Below, piece after piece: positions 62,811 to 64,000 of a DNA stretch of 64,000 nucleotides. Source of the stretch: Candidatus Daviesbacteria bacterium (lineage in GTDB: Bacteria > Patescibacteriota > Microgenomatia > Daviesbacterales > UBA10151). The stretch covers positions 258,477 to 322,476 of the forward strand of contig JACOXI010000003.1 of NCBI GenBank assembly GCA_016176335.1, given 5' to 3'. The position numbers and the translations under genes were made by a program. The notes beneath the pieces are model-generated. The model saw only the letters and a list, made by a program, of their open reading frames with translations, ran no database searches and had not been told where the DNA came from. Position 1 is the stretch's first letter. Every line of letters begins with the position of its first letter.

Positions 62811-63848
62811 ATGGATCTTTGGTTAATTTTCCTGACCGGTTTAACTGTAGGGGGGTTGACCTGTATGGTAGTACAGGGGGGGCTTTTGGCCGGGGTTTTG
62901 GCGGCAAAAGAAGAAGAGGATTTTACAGAAGGCAGTCAAAGAAAACACAACGTACTACCGGTTTTGGCATTTTTGATAGCTAAACTTATTGCGTATGTAA
63001 CTTTAGGTTTTATACTGGGTACTTTTGGTTCAACGCTGGCCATTTCCGATAATACCCGGATTGTCATGCAACTTATTGCAGGGGCGTATATGATAGCCAT
63101 AGCTTTGGATCTTTTGAATGTTCACCCGATTTTTAGATATGTTGTGATCCAGCCTCCTAAATTTTTAACCAGAATGATTAAGGATACCTCGAAAAGCCGC
63201 GATTTATTTGCCCCGGCAATTTTAGGATTTTTGACTGTTTTTATCCCCTGCGGTACTACTTTGGCCATGGAAGTTTTTGCCATATCTTCCGGCAGCGCAA
63301 TTTGGGGGGCTTTGATTATGGGTACATTTACTTTGGGAACCTCACCTTTGTTTTTGGGATTGGGGTTTATTACAACTGTGTTGGGTGATACTTTCAGGAC
63401 GCGATTTTTCAAGTTGGCCGGGGTTTTGGTTGCGTACCTTGGGATCACTACCTTCAATGGAGCGCTGGTTTTGGCTGGATCGCCAATTACTTTGCAAACA
63501 ATCAGAGATATGATCCCCATTCAAATTGATCTTTCCGGTGGAGCGCAGGCAGCTTCAGATTCTAATGTGCAAGTTTTGGCAGGAGTACAAACTGCAAACA
63601 TTTTGGTTTACCCGACAGGTTATAGCCCAAACTACATACAGATTAGATCAGGAATTCCCGTGAGGTTTAATTTGGCTACAACCGGGGGTTTTGGTTGTAC
63701 ATCCCAGTTTCGGATTCCCCAACTTGGGCTTAGCAAAAATTTAACTCAAAATAGTATAACTTCTGTAGAGTTTACGCCGCAGACTAAAGGTAAGATTGTC
63801 TGGACTTGCTCAATGGGTATGTATTCGGGAATAATGAAGGTGATATGA
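62811..63848 (+). CDS. DsbD_2-like 6-TM domain fused to a C-terminal cupredoxin-like Cys/Met domain
   Basis: TM1 …GGLTCMVVQGG… and TM4 …VFIPCGTTLAM…, each with a single Cys. C-terminal 100 aa …GGFGCTSQF…VWTCSMGMYSGIMKV* resembles cupredoxin/TRASH-like metal sites. Confidence 0.45.
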   Translation: MDLWLIFLTGLTVGGLTCMVVQGGLLAGVLAAKEEEDFTEGSQRKHNVLPVLAFLIAKLIAYVTLGFILGTFGSTLAISDNTRIVMQLIAGAYMIAIALDLLNVHPIFRYVVIQPPKFLTRMIKDTSKSRDLFAPAILGFLTVFIPCGTTLAMEVFAISSGSAIWGALIMGTFTLGTSPLFLGLGFITTVLGDTFRTRFFKLAGVLVAYLGITTFNGALVLAGSPITLQTIRDMIPIQIDLSGGAQAASDSNVQVLAGVQTANILVYPTGYSPNYIQIRSGIPVRFNLATTGGFGCTSQFRIPQLGLSKNLTQNSITSVEFTPQTKGKIVWTCSMGMYSGIMKVI

Positions 63849-63915
63849 GCGAAGCGAGTATCATCCCTTCGGGTCTGAGCCTCAGGGTCGAAGACCTGAG
63901 CGTAGTCGAAGGATC
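63849..63915. repeat. GC-rich nested-palindrome repeat (intergenic GC-repeat family)
   Basis: GAGCGAAGCGAGTATCATCCCTTCGGGTCTGAGCCTCAGGGTCGAAGACCTGAGCGTAGTCGAAGGATC. Its core TCAGGGTC-n-CCTGAGC-RTWGTCGAAGGAT is shared with 38203–38255; the words are shared with 42705–42815. Confidence 0.5.
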
Positions 63916-63921
63916 TATTTG

Positions 63922-64000
63922 ATGGTTAAGAAGAAATTAAAAATTCAGGATATACACTGTTCGTCTTGTTCTCTGGTAATTGATATGGATTTGGAGGATT
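63922..64000 (+). CDS. heavy-metal-associated (HMA) domain protein, 5' fragment (runs off the window)
   Basis: MVKKKLKIQDIHCSSCSLVIDMDLED… contains the M.C..C HMA fold start. Confidence 0.5.
   Translation, partial: MVKKKLKIQDIHCSSCSLVIDMDLED

Noticed and set aside
1-64000. CRISPR arrays, rRNA genes, transposases/integrases
   Set aside because: No spacer-interspersed direct repeats, no rRNA-like conserved blocks and no transposase, integrase or reverse-transcriptase ORFs were found. The only repeats are the heptamer tracts and GC palindromes described in the findings.

Overview
This is a low-GC (about 35%) bacterial chromosome segment that opens in the 3' end of the ribosomal-protein/secY/adk/map/infA/rpmJ/rpsM-K-D/rpoA/rplQ cluster (partial rpsE at the left edge).

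Lineage clues:
- rpsE runs straight into rplO with no L30 gene.
- RNase Y, a sortase-type LPXTG protein, a split transketolase, GT39-like membrane glycosyltransferases and a type-A RNase P RNA are present.
- Together these point to a small-genome Gram-positive-like or Patescibacteria-like lineage, but the lineage is uncertain.

Housekeeping genes, in order: rplM, rpsI, a phosphohexomutase, metK behind a SAM riboswitch, tRNA-Pro, recA/recX, rny, hup, miaA, rnpB (minus strand, hidden under two spurious ORFs), comM, secD/secF (split by two inserted genes), cca, recJ, aspS, a dacC-like gene, gltX, tRNA-Gln, a riboflavin operon (ribD-ribBA-ribH-ribE) behind an FMN riboswitch, rpiB, rpe, a LOG-family gene and tktN/tktC.

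Accessory content:
- A compositionally foreign, GC-richer island (about 31.96–35.47 kb) carries a TyrA-fusion protein, an unknown 361-aa protein, small ORFs, and an attenuator-controlled aminotransferase next to it.
- A candidate defence or accessory islet sits immediately 3' of tRNA-Gln. It encodes a small YhbQ-like GIY-YIG nuclease, a 493-aa protein (DUF4365-like PD-(D/E)xK N-domain, pentapeptide-repeat tract, C-terminal beta-sandwich), a HAD-hydrolase gene remnant and a GC-richer SAM methyltransferase.
- A heavy-metal (Cu/Hg) resistance island runs from 53.6 kb to the window end. It holds CsoR, a DUF1573 protein, two paralogous Cys-rich 'CCxN...DCNHG' proteins, paired-Cys membrane proteins, a CPH-type CopB ATPase, ArsR, a MerA-like reductase and a cupredoxin-fusion protein.

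Repeats:
- Short GC-rich palindromic elements are inserted in-frame in miaA, aspS and a hypothetical ORF, resembling Rickettsia RPE elements.
- They are flanked by, or associated with, a dispersed heptanucleotide tandem repeat (AAnTCAA) that also occurs in-frame in gltX.
- A second family of GC-rich intergenic palindromes is also present.

No CRISPR array, rRNA or obvious transposase was seen.
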